From positions 68,295-132,294 of the forward strand of contig NIVC01002881.1 in NCBI GenBank assembly GCA_002269645.1: a stretch of DNA of 64,000 bases. Reading direction: 5' to 3'. Origin of the DNA: Macrostomum lignano (lineage: Eukaryota). Shown here piece after piece: positions 24,764-38,015 of the stretch. Position 1 is the stretch's first letter. Each line of letters starts with the position of its first letter. A program made the position numbers and the translations under genes. The notes below the pieces were generated by a model. It saw nothing but the letters and a program-made list of their open reading frames with translations. It made no database searches and was not told the origin of the DNA.

Positions 24764-27700
24764 CTATCCTTGGCCAATAATAATAATAATAATAACAAAA
24801 ATAATAGCAATACCTAATAGTGAAACTTCAATTGCATCTGTATTTTGTCTCGCACTAAACGTTCGTATAAATAACACATTCTCAACCGTCTTAATGTTGA
24901 CAAACAGACAGGCAGACAGAAAGACAGAAAAGCTAAATGTTAAAAAGATATAAATATTCACCAGTTTTATCTGAACACTGCAGTGTCCGGCCAGACTTGC
25001 ACTCGAAGTTCCGCTGCAGTTGCAGGGCTGATGTTGGCTTGCTTACCTGGTTACCTGCATCTCGTAAATGAATGTATCTTTCATTCTGTTTTGTAATTAA
25101 TGTTAGCCTTCGAAGTTGCAAAAGTTCTCTGCCTACTGCACCCCTGGATTCTTCAAACAGCGCAGCAAGCGCGTCTCTCGCTTCCTGCTTCCACCATGGG
25201 CCTCTCGTTATTTTGTTGTTGCGTCTCCAAAGTGCATGTGAGACATTTTTGAAAATGGATTCATTTATACGCATGAGTATGCCAATGTCTATATCTGTGC
25301 CATTATTACGCTGAAATTCTCCCAGCTTCTCTACCTCTCTGTCTGTCTCTGTCTCTCTCTGTCTCTCTCTCTATCCACTCTCTCCCTGCCTCTCACCTCC
25401 CCTCCCTCCCTGCCTCTCACCCTCCACTCTCTCCCTGCCTCTCACCCTCCACTCTCTCCCTGCCTCGCACCCTCCCCTCACTCCCTGCCTCTCACCCTCC
25501 ACTCCCTCCCTGCCTCTCACCCTACCCTCCCTCCCTGCCTCTCACCCTCCACTCCCTCCCTGCCTCTCACCCTACCCTCTTTCCCTGCCTCTCACCCTCC
25601 ACTCCCTCCCTGCCTCTCACCCTACCCTCTCTCCCTGCCTCTCACCCTCCACTCTCTCCCTGCCTCGCACCCTCCCCTCACTCCCTGCCTCTAACCATCC
25701 ACTCCCTCCCTGCCTCTCACCCTCCACTCCCTCCTTGCCTCTCACCCTCCCCTCTCTCCCTGCCTCTCACCCTCCACTCTCTCCCTGCCTCGCACCCTAC
25801 CCTCTCTCCCTGCCTCGCACCCTACCCTCTCTCCCTGCCTCTCACCCTCCACTCTCTCCCTGCCTCTCACCCTCCACTCTCTACCTGCCTCGCACCCTCC
25901 CTTCACTCCCTGCCTCTCACCCTCCACTCTCTCCCTGCCTCGCACCCTCCCCTCACTCCCTGCCTCTCACCCTCCACTCCCTCCCTGCCTCTCACCCTCC
26001 ACTCCCTCCCTGCCTCTCACCCTACCCTCTCTCCCTGCCTCTCACCCTCCACTCCCTCCCTGCCTCTCACCCTACCCTCTCTCCCTGCCTCTCACCCTCC
26101 ACTCTCTCCCTGCCTCGCACCCTCCCCTCACTCCCTGCCTCTAACCATCCACTCCCTCCCTGCCTCTAACCATCCACTCCCTCCCTGCCTCTCACCCTCC
26201 ACTCCCTCCCTGCCTCTCACCCTCCCCTCTCTCCCTGCCTCTCACCCTCCCCTCACTCCCTGCCTCTCACCCTACCCTCCCTCCCTGCCTCTCACCCTAC
26301 CCTCCCTCCCTGCCTCTCACCCTCCACTCCCTCCCTGCCTCTCACCCTACCCTCTCTCCCTGCCTCTCACCCTCCACTCCCTCCCTGCCTCTCACCCTAC
26401 CCTCTCTCCCTGCCTCTCACCCTCCACTCTCTCCCTGCCTCGCACCCTCCCCTCACTCCCTGCCTCTAACCATCCACTCCCTCCCTGCCTCTCACCCTCC
26501 ACTCCCTCCCTGCCTCTCACCCTCCCCTCTCTCCCTGCCTCTCACCCTCCACTCTCTCCCTGCCTCTCACCCTCCCCTCTCTCCCTGCCTCTCACCCTCC
26601 ACTCTCTCCCTGCCTCTCACCCTCCACTCTCTCCCTGCCTCTCACCCTCCCCTCTCTCCCTGCCTCTAACCATCCACTCCCTCCCTGCCTCTCACCCTAC
26701 CCTCTCTCCCTGCCTCTCACCCTCCACTCCCTCCCTGCCTCTCACCCTCCCCTCTCTCCCTGCCTCTAACCATCCACTCCCTCCCTGCCTCTCACCCTAC
26801 CCTCTCTCCCTGCCTCTCACGCTCCACTCTCTCCCTGCCTCTCACGCTCCACTCCCTCCCTGTCTCTCACCCTCCCCTCTCTCCCTGCCTCGCACCTTAC
26901 CCTCTCTCCCTGCATCTCAACCTTCTCTTTAATCCTAAAGAGGCAAAACGGTGTCAGCTGCCGCAGACACTGAAGCCAAGCAATTATTAAACCATTTTTT
27001 GCCAACTGAATCAAATATTAAAAGCCTCTTACAGATGGTATAGTTTCTATAAACAACTGACTCCCATCTGGGAACCCGACCAAACAAAAAGGCATTAAGT
27101 GTTTGTTAATCAAAGGCTTTGATGTTATCTTGATCGCCAAATTACTGGGTCAATAAAATACTTGTCAACTTTGAGTTCAACTCTGACGGAGTATAATTTA
27201 TGACCATATGAATCGAAGTCAATTCATAACTCTAAGGTTCTATTTATAGAGAAATCCTTGAACTAAGATTTATGCAGTTTACCTGTATGCTTTTATGAAT
27301 AGAAAAATTAATAAAATTGTAAATGGAGGGACTGGATAAAAATACAGGGATAGTCGAGAGGGATAGAGGGATAGAAGGATAGAAGGATAGAGTGATTGTG
27401 GAATAGAGGGATAGAGGGATAGAGGGATAGAGTGATAGAGGAATAGAGGGATAGAGTGATAGAGGGATAGAGGAATAGAGGGATAGAGGGATAGAGGGAT
27501 AGAGGGATAGAGGGATAGAGGGATAGAGTGATAGAGGGATAGAGGGATAGAGGGATAGAGGGATAGAGGGATAGAGGGATAGAGTGATAGAGGGATAGAG
27601 GGATAGAGGGATAGAGGGATAGAGAAGGATAAAGGAATTGGGATATAATAGACGGACATAGCGACACAGGACCGGGCAGACATTAGTCACAGGACAGAAC

Positions 27701-28374
27701 ACCATTAAGCGGTTGAGTCGTGCACACACTGCACTCCTATAGCCATTTGGCACTCGTCCAACACCCTGCTCGCACTTAAACACCGAGTTAGTATATAAAT
27801 GACTCAAAATGAGTAATCATTTGGTGCTTACAGTTCGTGCATAGGCCAGCCTCACTACCCAATGACGAATCTCAGGCCCAGACCTTCTCTCTTCTCCGGC
27901 CTTGGCAACAGGCCGAGTTAAAAAAGGCAGCTAAAAGAAGAACTCAAGTGTATGTTCTGGCGTATTTTTTCTCTCACGTGACTCGACTCGTGGGTGAAAA
28001 AAAAACTGGAGCAAAGATTATATTAGAAGCAAGTCGATATCAATACAGGGGTTTACCTTACTTACTGCCCCTGCCAAGGCTTATAAGATTTTTTATGATG
28101 GACAGGTTGCAGCCTGTCTGTGAGACCATTCAGTTCTTGAAGTGACATCTCGTCTGCAGACAGAGGTTGAGGGTTTATACAATACCTACAGTTACCTGAA
28201 CTAAGCTGAGACAGAGGAAGATGAGGCAGAGATTATGCTTACGAGTATTAATTTATTGCTGATTCACACTCTGAAATGTCGCATTATAAAAGACGCACTG
28301 CTGCAGTGCAGTACAGAGATTGAAGTGAATGCAATCGTTTGAGGTAATAATCCTGTGTTCCAGGCACGCAAAAT
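24764..28374 (-). CDS. Putative uncharacterised multi-micro-exon gene (glycosylated ectodomain, hydrophobic C-terminus); 5' end not found
   Basis: Candidate exons 28374-28268, 28205-28196, 28153-28066, 28005-27978, 27930-27832, 27774-~27690, [unresolved], 27067-27033, 26969-26922, 25310-25047, 24889-24764. Short GT-AG introns (62, 42, 60, 47, 57, 63 nt) are phase-consistent and the spliced frame has no stops. Sequons NAT, NGT, NES, NVS; ends LLGIAIIFVIIIIIIGQG*. No homology recognised. Confidence 0.45.
25330..26912. repeat. 25-bp pyrimidine-rich minisatellite
   Basis: CTCTCACCCTCCACTCTCTCCCTGC. Confidence 0.97.
27350..27628. repeat. 8-bp tandem repeat
   Basis: (AGAGGGAT)n. Confidence 0.95.
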
Positions 28375-28389
28375 CTAGGGTAGGTATTG

Positions 28390-29490
28390 TAATTTAGAGA
28401 GGAAAAAAGGTGGAATAGAGAAAGAGATACGAGAGGGGATGGTGGAGACTGGAGAGGAAAGGAGAGAGGAAAGGAGAGGAGAGGAGAGGAAAGAGGAGAG
28501 AGGGGATGAGAGAGAGGAGAGGAGAGGGGAGAGGAGAGGAGAGAGGGGAGGAGAGAGGAGAGAGGGGAGGAGAGAGGAGAGAGGCGAGGAGAGAGGAGAG
28601 AGGAGAGGAGACACGGGAGAAGAGAGGAGAGGAGACACGGGAGAAGAGAGGAGAGAGGGGAGAGGAGAGGAGAGAGGAGTGTGAGATACTCTAATCTAGT
28701 GTGAGATCTAGTTTGAGACAGGGTGAGATCTAGGGAGATAGGGTGAAATCTAGTGTGAGACAAACTACATGTAATAAATGAAAAATTAGCCGCATATTAT
28801 GGAGAGAGAGAGAGGAGAGGAGAGGGGAGAGCAGTGAGGAGAGAGGAGACGAGAGGGGAGAGCAGTGAGGAGAGAGGAGACGAGAGAGGAGAGCAGTGAG
28901 GAGAGAGGAGACGAGAGAGGAGAGCAGTGAGGAGAGAGGAGAGAAGAGACGAGAAAGGAGAGCAGTGAGGAGAGAGGAGACGAGAGAGGAGAGCAGTGAG
29001 GAGAGAGGAGACGAGAGGGGAGAGCAGTGAGGAGAGAGGAGACGAGAGGGGAGAGCAGTGAGGAGAGAGGAGACGAGAGAGGAGAGCAGTGAGGAGAGAG
29101 GAGACGAGAGAGGAGAGCAGTGAGGAGAGAGGAGAGAAGAGACGAGAAAGGAGAGCAGTGAGGAGAGAGGAGACGAGAGAGGAGAGCAGTGAGGAGAGAG
29201 GAGACGAGAGGGGAGAGCAGTGAGGAGAGAGGAGACGAGAGGGGAGAGCAGTGAGGAGAGAGGAGACGAGAGAGGAGAGCAGTGAGGAGAGAGGAGACGA
29301 GAGAGGAGAGCAGTGAGGAGAGAGGAGACGAGAAAGGAGAGCAGTGAGGAGAGAGGAGACGAGAGAGGAGAGCAGTGAGGAGAGAGGAGACGAGAGAGGA
29401 GAGCAGTGAGGAGAGAGGAGACGAGAGAGGAGAGCAGTGAGGAGAGAGGAGACGAGAAAGGAGAGCAGAGACGAGAGAGGAGAGAGAGCG
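28390..29490. repeat. Two purine-rich arrays (28390-28680 irregular; 28801-29490 with a 31-bp unit)
   Basis: 31-bp unit GGAGAGCAGTGAGGAGAGAGGAGACGAGAGA. Confidence 0.93.
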
Positions 29491-29949
29491 GCAGCTTTGC
29501 CAGCCCGCACAGGCAGCAGCGACAGAAGAGACAGAACTAAGAGGAAATTCAGCCGAAGCGCAGGGGCGAACGCAGACTGCAATCAACAGGCCACTAAACT
29601 GCGCAGTTAAGCGGTGGTTCCAATCCAACCACCGCAAGGATCCTGGCATATCACTTAAGAAGCCAGGACCCCGGGACACGACGCATGCGCTATCACCCTT
29701 AATTTTAGCTTGACTTGACTGCGGGACAGGACAGGGATCCATTTCTCGACCAAGCCCTGGGGGGAGCCCCTTGGGTTCCTTGTTCTCCACGCTATTTTAA
29801 GTGCCAGTGCGAGTGCACCAAACCAAACCAAGCAACCACTAACCACTGAGATTCCAATTCTGTACGGCGCAGCATACTTACACTTGTATCGTAATAAAAT
29901 TCGTTATTTACAGCAGCGCCAAAATAAAACAGCAGCCATTGAGCCATCC

Positions 29950-30510
29950 GCCAAAACGGCGCCACTCAAAAAACGGCGCCACTCAAAAAACGGCGCCACT
30001 CCAAAAAACGGCGCCACTCCAAAAAACGGCGCCACTCCAAAACGGCTTATCTCAAAAAACGGCGCCACTCCAAAAACGGCGCCATCCCAAATCGGCACCA
30101 TCCCGAAACGGCGCCCTAAATAGGGCCACTCCAAAGCGGCGCCACTCCAAAGACGGCGCCACTCCAAAGACGGCGCCACTCCAAAGACGGCGTCACTCCA
30201 AAGACGGCGCCACTCCAAAGACGGCGCCACTCCAAAGACGGCGCCACTCCAAAGACGGCGCCACTCCAAAGGCGGCGCCACTCCAAAAACAGTGCCACTC
30301 CAAAAACGGTGCCACTCCAAAGACGGCGCCATCCCGAAACGGCGCCCTAAATAGCGCCACTCCAAAACGGCGCCACTCTAAAGACGGCGCCACTCCAAAA
30401 ACAGCACTACTCCAAAAACGGCGCCACTCCGAAACGGCGCCACCCTAAATCGGCGCCACCCCAAAACGGCGTCCTAAACGGCGCCACTCTAAAACGGCGC
30501 CACTCAAAAA
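29950..30510. repeat. 17-bp minisatellite with a GGCGCC core
   Basis: CCAAAGACGGCGCCACT. Confidence 0.95.
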
Positions 30511-31074
30511 CTTAGGTATAGCTACTACTGGCAATCCAAATGCAACAAATAAAGTGGGCTTTGTCTCCAATCGCAATACAAACACAAAAGCAAAAAACTG
30601 AGAGACTAGTCATGGTCACAAACTGCACAAATTCTAGATAGACTAAGAAAACCGCTCTTTGTTGCACCCTGGGAGAGAGAGAGAGATATGGAAGGCACCC
30701 CTCGCTCCATCGACAAAGAGAGAGAGGGAGAGAAGGGTTCCTCTGTTCCGTCCCGGTCTGCACTTTACCATCTCCTGCCCTCCCTCAAGGCTCTCTGTGG
30801 TGACTCACAGACAGCCGCTTCCCAAAATAGCGCGAGTTTTCTCCCTTGCCCAAATCCCGCAACCCGAAGCCATGTCTTAATTTGGACTTCCATGCTGGCT
30901 GGCCTTGCTAATATGATATATGACCACCGGTCTCTGCTGGGGATGGAGGACAAAGAGCTGGTGGGAGATAAAAAACTTGGGGGGGGGAGACACTGCATTT
31001 TAGACCTGTATGCATCCATGGGCCCATCTAGCTAAGTATGGAAAATAAATTATATATATATATATTCAAATCAG

Positions 31075-31505
31075 AGATAGACATGTAGATAGAGACATAG
31101 ATAGAGATAGAGATATAGACAGAAAAAGTCATAGCGATAGATATAGAGACAGAGATATTCATAGAGATATAGATAGGATAGAGATATGACAAAGATAGAG
31201 AGATAGAGATAGAGATAGTCTTAGAGATAGAGATAGGATAGAGATAAGATAGAGATAGGATAGAGATAAGATAGAGATAGGATAGAGATAGGATAGAGAT
31301 AGGATAGAGATAGGATAAAGATAGAGATAGAGATAAAGACAGAGATAGTCATAGAGATAGAGATAGAGATACAGATAGGATAGAGATAGAGATAAAGGCA
31401 GATATACTCATAGAGATAGAGATAGGACAGAGATAGTATAGTCATAGAGATAGAGACCGAGAGAGGAGAGAGATAGGATAGAGTTAGAGATAGTCGTAGA
31501 GACTG
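31075..31505. repeat. (GATAGA)-type low-complexity repeat
   Basis: GAGATA/GGATA units. Confidence 0.88.
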
Positions 31506-32049
31506 AGACAGGATACAAACTAAACAGCGTCATCATACTGTCGCCAGCACAGCAGGCAGCTGCAAGTCTACCAGTGAAGAGTCACACTCTGACAAGAAGC
31601 CTTGCACTTGCAGTTTGCCTGCGTTCGTTTGCAGCCATATTATTGTAGCGCAGGCAATGTGAGCCACAGTCTATTTCTGGAACACAACCCCCTATGACGT
31701 GTTTTTAAGCTGCACCCCAATCCCCAGCCCCCCAGTCCTCAGAACGGCCTCGCGCGTCGGCCCGTTTCCGTCCGTACTTAAGCGGCTGTATTTGAAAATG
31801 CTACACGCGATACAGGCAAGCACTGACAGGCGGTGTTGACGCCATTAGTGGCTGAAATCGATTAGTGCGTCATGGAAAGGCCCGCGACGGTGGTCAGTGA
31901 GTCAGGTAGAGGGGCAGGATGGGGTGGGGGAGAACGTGGCAGCAGCCGAGGTGGGGGGGTGCTCTTGAAGTGCAGTTTAAGGCCATCTTGGGGAAATTAG
32001 TCATTCTAAATCTCATGGCCACGGATTGAGATAGGTTTCTGGATAGGTA

Positions 32050-32402
<353 letters not shown>

Positions 32403-32939
32403 GAAACCTCCATGCTCATTCAGCGGCCGCAACCGACAAGGCAACGCCAGACAAAGACCCATGCGCCATATGCAGATTAGAATCAAGACCCCAAGAGAAG
32501 CCACAGAAGGACGTATTTGATTTTTTACATCAATTGACTCATTTTGCGGTCTCCCCTGCATGTGCGAGATGTGGGATGAGGGCAGGCAGACGCAGTCCAG
32601 ACTCCATAAATAACCAGTCTGTGTCGCCACCACAGCGTGCATGCATTTAATGACTTACGTGTATAAATCCACAGCCATAAAAACCTCCCCTAATTCCTGC
32701 CGATCTCGATTTTTATGTCGATTTGCATTGAATCTGAGTTGGGATTCTGCACGAATTTCAGTTTTTTATGTTGTTGGTTACGGAATTAATGGCCGCGTGA
32801 ACAGATGGTTGGCGGTAATGGATTGGTGCATACAATGGCGAACGCTGTTAGGGCCAAAATTATCTAAACATAATATTCTTTCAGCACAACTCGGATGAAA
32901 TCGAGAATTGCAAGAATTCGGACCCTAGTTTAGAAATCT

Positions 32940-33340
32940 AGTGAGATCTAGTGTGAGACAGGGTGAGATCTAATGTGAGACAGTGTGAGACAGGTTGAGA
33001 TCTAATGTGAGACAGTGTGAGATAGGTTGAGATCTAATTTGACACAGTGTGAGACAGGGTGAGATCTAGTGTGAGACAGGGTGAGATTTAATGTAAGACA
33101 GGGTGAGATCTAGTGTGAGACAGGGTGAGATCTAGTGTGAGACAGGGTGAGATTTAATGTAAGACAGGGTGAGATCTAGTGTGAGACAGGGTGAGATCTA
33201 GTGTGAGACAGGGTGAGATCTAGTGTGAGACAGGGTGAGTTCCAGTGTGAGACAGGGTGAGATCTAGTGTGAGATCTAGTGTGAGACAGGGTGAGATCTA
33301 TTGAGAGAGTGAGAAAAGGTGAAATCTAGTGTGAGACATT
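32940..33340. repeat. 22-bp minisatellite
   Basis: GTGAGATCTAGTGTGAGACAGG. Confidence 0.93.
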
Positions 33341-34069
33341 TAGGTGAGGCCAATATCTCTTGTATTTACTATTCTAAGTAAACAAACTGCCTCAAAACGC
33401 AACATTTTGTTCTCGGCAAGTGCTTACGGCTTAGTCACACATACATGTAATAAATAATAAATACCCGCATGTTATGATCCATTAATGCTTATATATTTGA
33501 CCTCGGGGTCAAAACAAAAAAGACAGGCCGCAATGGTTGACCCCCAAAACCTGATTGACTGTCCCAGCAGAAGCGAAGCCTCAATGTTGGCTACCAGTGG
33601 AATTCCTTGTTTAAATATTGTATATGAATTGTGTGTGTGCCGGTTGTATCACCTGCTGCGCTGCGACTCAGTTTAGTAAGGAGGGATGATAGGGGTTGGC
33701 TGAGACTCAGGACCAGGGGCAGACAAAGACAGTCAGTTGGTTCGCCCCCCCCCCACCTAACACGAACTCAACGTGCTACTCAGAAATGGAGTCCTCTGAG
33801 CCAACTCAAATGGCGGTCTCGGCTTGGATGTAGGAGCAAGCATTCTAGGTCGACCACCGACAAGGGGTTATGTAACTTCGGTTGAACAGTTTAGTGAGGT
33901 CGCTCAATGGATATTCTGTCACACCACCGTGCAAGCATGTAACTCTCATGTCTCATGGAGTCACTTCTGACACTTCTGCTAGCTTTTTGAGTTCAGTTAA
34001 AAATGCACGTTGAGTTTAAGCTTGAGGATCTGTTAGTGTAATAATTTCAGTTTTAGAGAGCCTTTTAAA

Positions 34070-35392
34070 CCTGATAGAGTGTCATTTTGACTCTGAGAGA
34101 GTGCCATTTTGAATCTGGGAGAGTGCCATTTTGACTCTGAAAGAGTGCCATTTTAAATCTGAGAGAGTACCATTTTGAATCCGAGAGAGTGCCATTTTGA
34201 ATCTGATAGACTGCCATTTTGAATCTGATAGACTGCCATTTTGAATCCGAGAGAGTGCCATTTTGAATCTGATAGACTGTCATTTTGACTCTGAGAGAGT
34301 GCCATTTTGAATTTGGGAGAGTGCCATTTTGACTCTGAGAGAGTGGCATTTTGAATTTGGGAGAGTGCCATTTTGACTCTGAGAGAGTGCCATTTTGAAT
34401 TTGGGAGAGTGCCATTTTGACTCTGAGAGAGTGCCATTTTAAATCTGATAGACTGCCATTTTGAATCCGAGAGAGTGCCATTTTGAATCTGATAGACTGC
34501 CATTTTGAATCTGATAGACTGCCATTTTGAATCCGAGAGAGTGCCATTTTGAATCTGATAGACTGCCATTTTGAATCCGAGAGAGTGCCATTTTGAATCT
34601 GATAGACTGCCATTTTGAATCTGATAGACTGCCATTTTGAATCCGAGAGACTGCCATTTTGAATCCGAGAGAGTGCCATTTTGAATCCGAGAGAGTGCCA
34701 TTTTGAATCTGATAGACTGTTATTTTGAATTTGAGAGAGTGCCATTTTGAATCTTGGAGAGTGCCATTTTGAATCTGAGAGAGTGCCATTTTGAGTCTGA
34801 GAGAGTGCCATTTTGAATCTGAGAGAGTGCCATTTTGAATCGGAGAGAGTGCCATTTTGAATCTGGGAGAGTGCCATTTTGAATCTGGGAGAGTGCCATT
34901 TTGAATCCGAGAGAGTGCCATTTTGAATCTGGGAGAGTGCCATTTTGAATCTGGGAGAGTGCCATTTTGAATCTGAGAGAGTGCCATTTTGAATCTGGGA
35001 GAGTGCCATTTTGAATCTGGGAGAGTGCCATTTTGAATCTGGGAGAGTGCCATTTTGAATCTGGGAGAGTGCCATTTTGAATCTGGGAGAGTGCCATTTT
35101 GAATCTGAGAGAGTGCCATTTTGAATCTGAGAGAGTGCCATTTCGACTCTGAGAGAGTGCCATTTTGAATCTGACAGAGTGCCATTTCAAACCTGATAGA
35201 GAGTGCCATATTAAACCTGATAGAGTGCCATATTAAACCTGATAGAGAGTGCTATATTAAACCTGATAGAGAGTGCTATATTAAACCTGATAGAGAGTGC
35301 CATTTTAAACCTGATAGAGAGTGCTATATTAAACCTGATAGAGAGTGCCATTTTAAACCTGATAGAGAGTGCCATTTTAAACCTGATAGAGA
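34070..35392. repeat. 22-bp minisatellite
   Basis: GAGAGTGCCATTTTGAATCTGG with zonal variants (TAGACT, GACT, AAACCT). Confidence 0.97.
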
Positions 35393-35799
35393 TTGGATAT
35401 CTTAAGTCTAAACAGACGTAACTAAGCCGGAATGGAGTCAGAGCTCAGAGTCTCAGCACAGCATAGCAACAACAAACAATCCATTGTCCAGCCAGTCAGT
35501 CGAAAAGAGCTTAAATCTGATACTCTAATTAATTAGTATTGCTGCTCACACAATGGCGCGTGGACCCAGAGTTGCGTCACCCAGCTCAGTATGATATAAA
35601 TCATTTTTGGTCAACTTGGAATTTCTGGTCTAAAGCTAAATTCGGGTGCACTGCGCATCTTAGCAACAATGTGTCGCTTAGTCTGAGACTTAGCGGCTCA
35701 AAATGACTCAGAAGATGATTGCGCAATGAATTGATAAAATATTGCCGCTGTATGTCTGCATACCTGTCTGCCAGTCTGACCGCGTGTTCTGACTCTAAA

Positions 35800-36508
35800 G
35801 GGAGATGGGGGAGAGTCAGAGGAGATGGGGAGAATCAGAGGAGGAGATGGGGAGAGTCAGAGGAGGAGATGGGGAGAGTCAGAGGAGGAGATGGGGAGAG
35901 TCAGAGGAGGAGATGGGGAGAGTCAGAGGAGGAGATGGGGAGAGTCAGAGGAGGAGATGGGGGAGAGTCAGAGGAGATGGGGAGAATCAGAGGAGGAGAT
36001 GGGGAGAGTCAGAGGAGGAGATGGGGAGAGTCAGAGGAGGAGATGGGGAGAGTCAGAGGAGGAGATGGGGAGAGTCAGAGGAGGAGATGGGGAGAGTCAG
36101 GGGAGGAGATGGGGAGAGTCATAGGAGGAGATGGGGAGAGTCAGAGGAGGAGATAGGGAGAGTCAGAGGAGGAGATGGGGAGAGTCAGAGGAGGAGATGG
36201 GGAGAGTCAGAGGAGGAGATGGGGAGAGTCAGAGGAGGAGATGGGGAGAGTCAGAGGAGGAGATGGGGAGAGTCAGAGGAGGAGATGGGGAGAGTCAGAG
36301 GAGGAGATGGGGAGAGTCAGAGGAGGAGATGGGGAGAGTCAGAGGAGGAGATGGGGAGAGTCAGAGGAGGAGATGGGGAGAGTCAGAGGAGGAGATGGGG
36401 AGAGTCAGAGGAGGAGATGGAGAGTCAGTAGGAGATGGGGGAGATTCAGAGGAGGAGATGGGGGAGAGTCAGAGGAGGAGATGGGGGAGAGTCAGAGGAG
36501 GAGATGGA
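35800..36508. repeat. 22-bp purine-rich minisatellite
   Basis: GGAGATGGGGAGAGTCAGAGGA. Confidence 0.97.
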
Positions 36509-37239
36509 AAGTCTGTCAGTCAGTCAATCTATCTGTCTGTCTTGTATTCCTGTCCAGTCCAGTCCAGTCTCCTGTCTGACTAAGTACAACTTTTAAATGC
36601 AAATATAGAATAAAAAGGTCTAGAAATGCTACTAAAAGTAGTCTAGAGATTCGTCTTGCTAATGAGTCATTGCTAAGTAATCTGTAGTTGAACTATAGTG
36701 AATAATGATATTATAGTGCATGACTAAACAATTATTGGTATTAGAGGCAATTTCGAGTTAGCTTTAGTTGGCGTCAGATTGTTGTACATACTAGTAGTAC
36801 AAATTATTTGCCTTTAGGTAGAATATACGAAACAGCATGACTGCTTGGATACGCAATTAAGTTTACAATATTTAATTTATAAGTATGATTTCAATCCGAA
36901 GACTTCGAATAATTTCAAACTGATTCCAAGAAAACCTTTCTAATTTAAAAAAAGATCTTCTCCATATAGAAATTTAGTTACAATAACCAGTTCGATGTTT
37001 TGATTGAAAGAACCATGCAGTTAAAATAGGCCAGAATGCTTCCAAATAGAGTAACTGTTGTTTCGATTCTTGAGTAAACATGCACTTACATGCACTTTTT
37101 CCTGCGAGATAGTGCCGTACGGGGGCAAGGGTTCCACCGGCTTGAAAATCTGAGAACAACCCGCAACCAGAAAACTGCACTCCTCCAGGAATTAAATGAC
37201 AGAGGTATCGAGGGGATAAAATTTGCTTCCTCTTGTACA

Positions 37240-37908
37240 TGAGACAGGGACACCCACCAAGAGACAGGGACACCCACCAAGAGACAGGGACGCCCACCAA
37301 GAGACAGGGACGCCCACCAAAAAAAAGGGACGCCCACCAAAGGACAGGGACGCCCACCAAGAGACAGGGACGCCCACCAAAGGACATGGACACCCACCAA
37401 GAGACAGGGACGCCCACCAAAGGACATGGACACCCACCAAGAGACAGGGACGCCCAACAAGAGACAGGGACGCCCACCAAAGGACATGGACACCCACCAA
37501 GAGACAGGGACGCCCACCAAAGGACATGGACACCCACCAAGAGACAGGGACGCCCAACAAGAGACAGGGACGCCCACCAAGAGACAGGGACGCCCAACAA
37601 GAGACAGGGACACCCACCAAGAGACAGGGACGCCCACCAAGAGACAGGGACACCCACCAAGAGACAGGGACGCCCACCAAAGGACATGGACACCCACCAA
37701 GAGACAGGGACGCCCAACAAGAGACAGGGACACCCACCAAGAGACAGGGACGCCCACCAAGAGACAGGGACACCCACCAAGAGACAGGGACACCCACCAA
37801 GAGACAGGGACGCCCACCAAAGGACATGGACACCCACCAAGAGACAGGGACGCCCAACAAGAGACAGGGACGCCCAACAAGAGACAGGGACACCCACCAA
37901 GAGACAGG
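37240..37908. repeat. 20-bp minisatellite
   Basis: GAGACAGGGACGCCCACCAA interspersed with AGGACATGGACACCCACCAA. Confidence 0.97.
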
Positions 37909-38015
37909 AGCATCAAGCTAGAGACACCGTGCAAAATCTCTCCAATTAAAACTGTCACGTGCGCCATTGCTGTGAGCCAGGTAAAGGAGTCCAATTCATG
38001 GCAAATCAAGCAGCA

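Noticed and set aside
33855-33890. GTAACTTCGG word reminiscent of LSU rRNA
   Set aside because: Only a 10-nt match; flanks are not rRNA-like.
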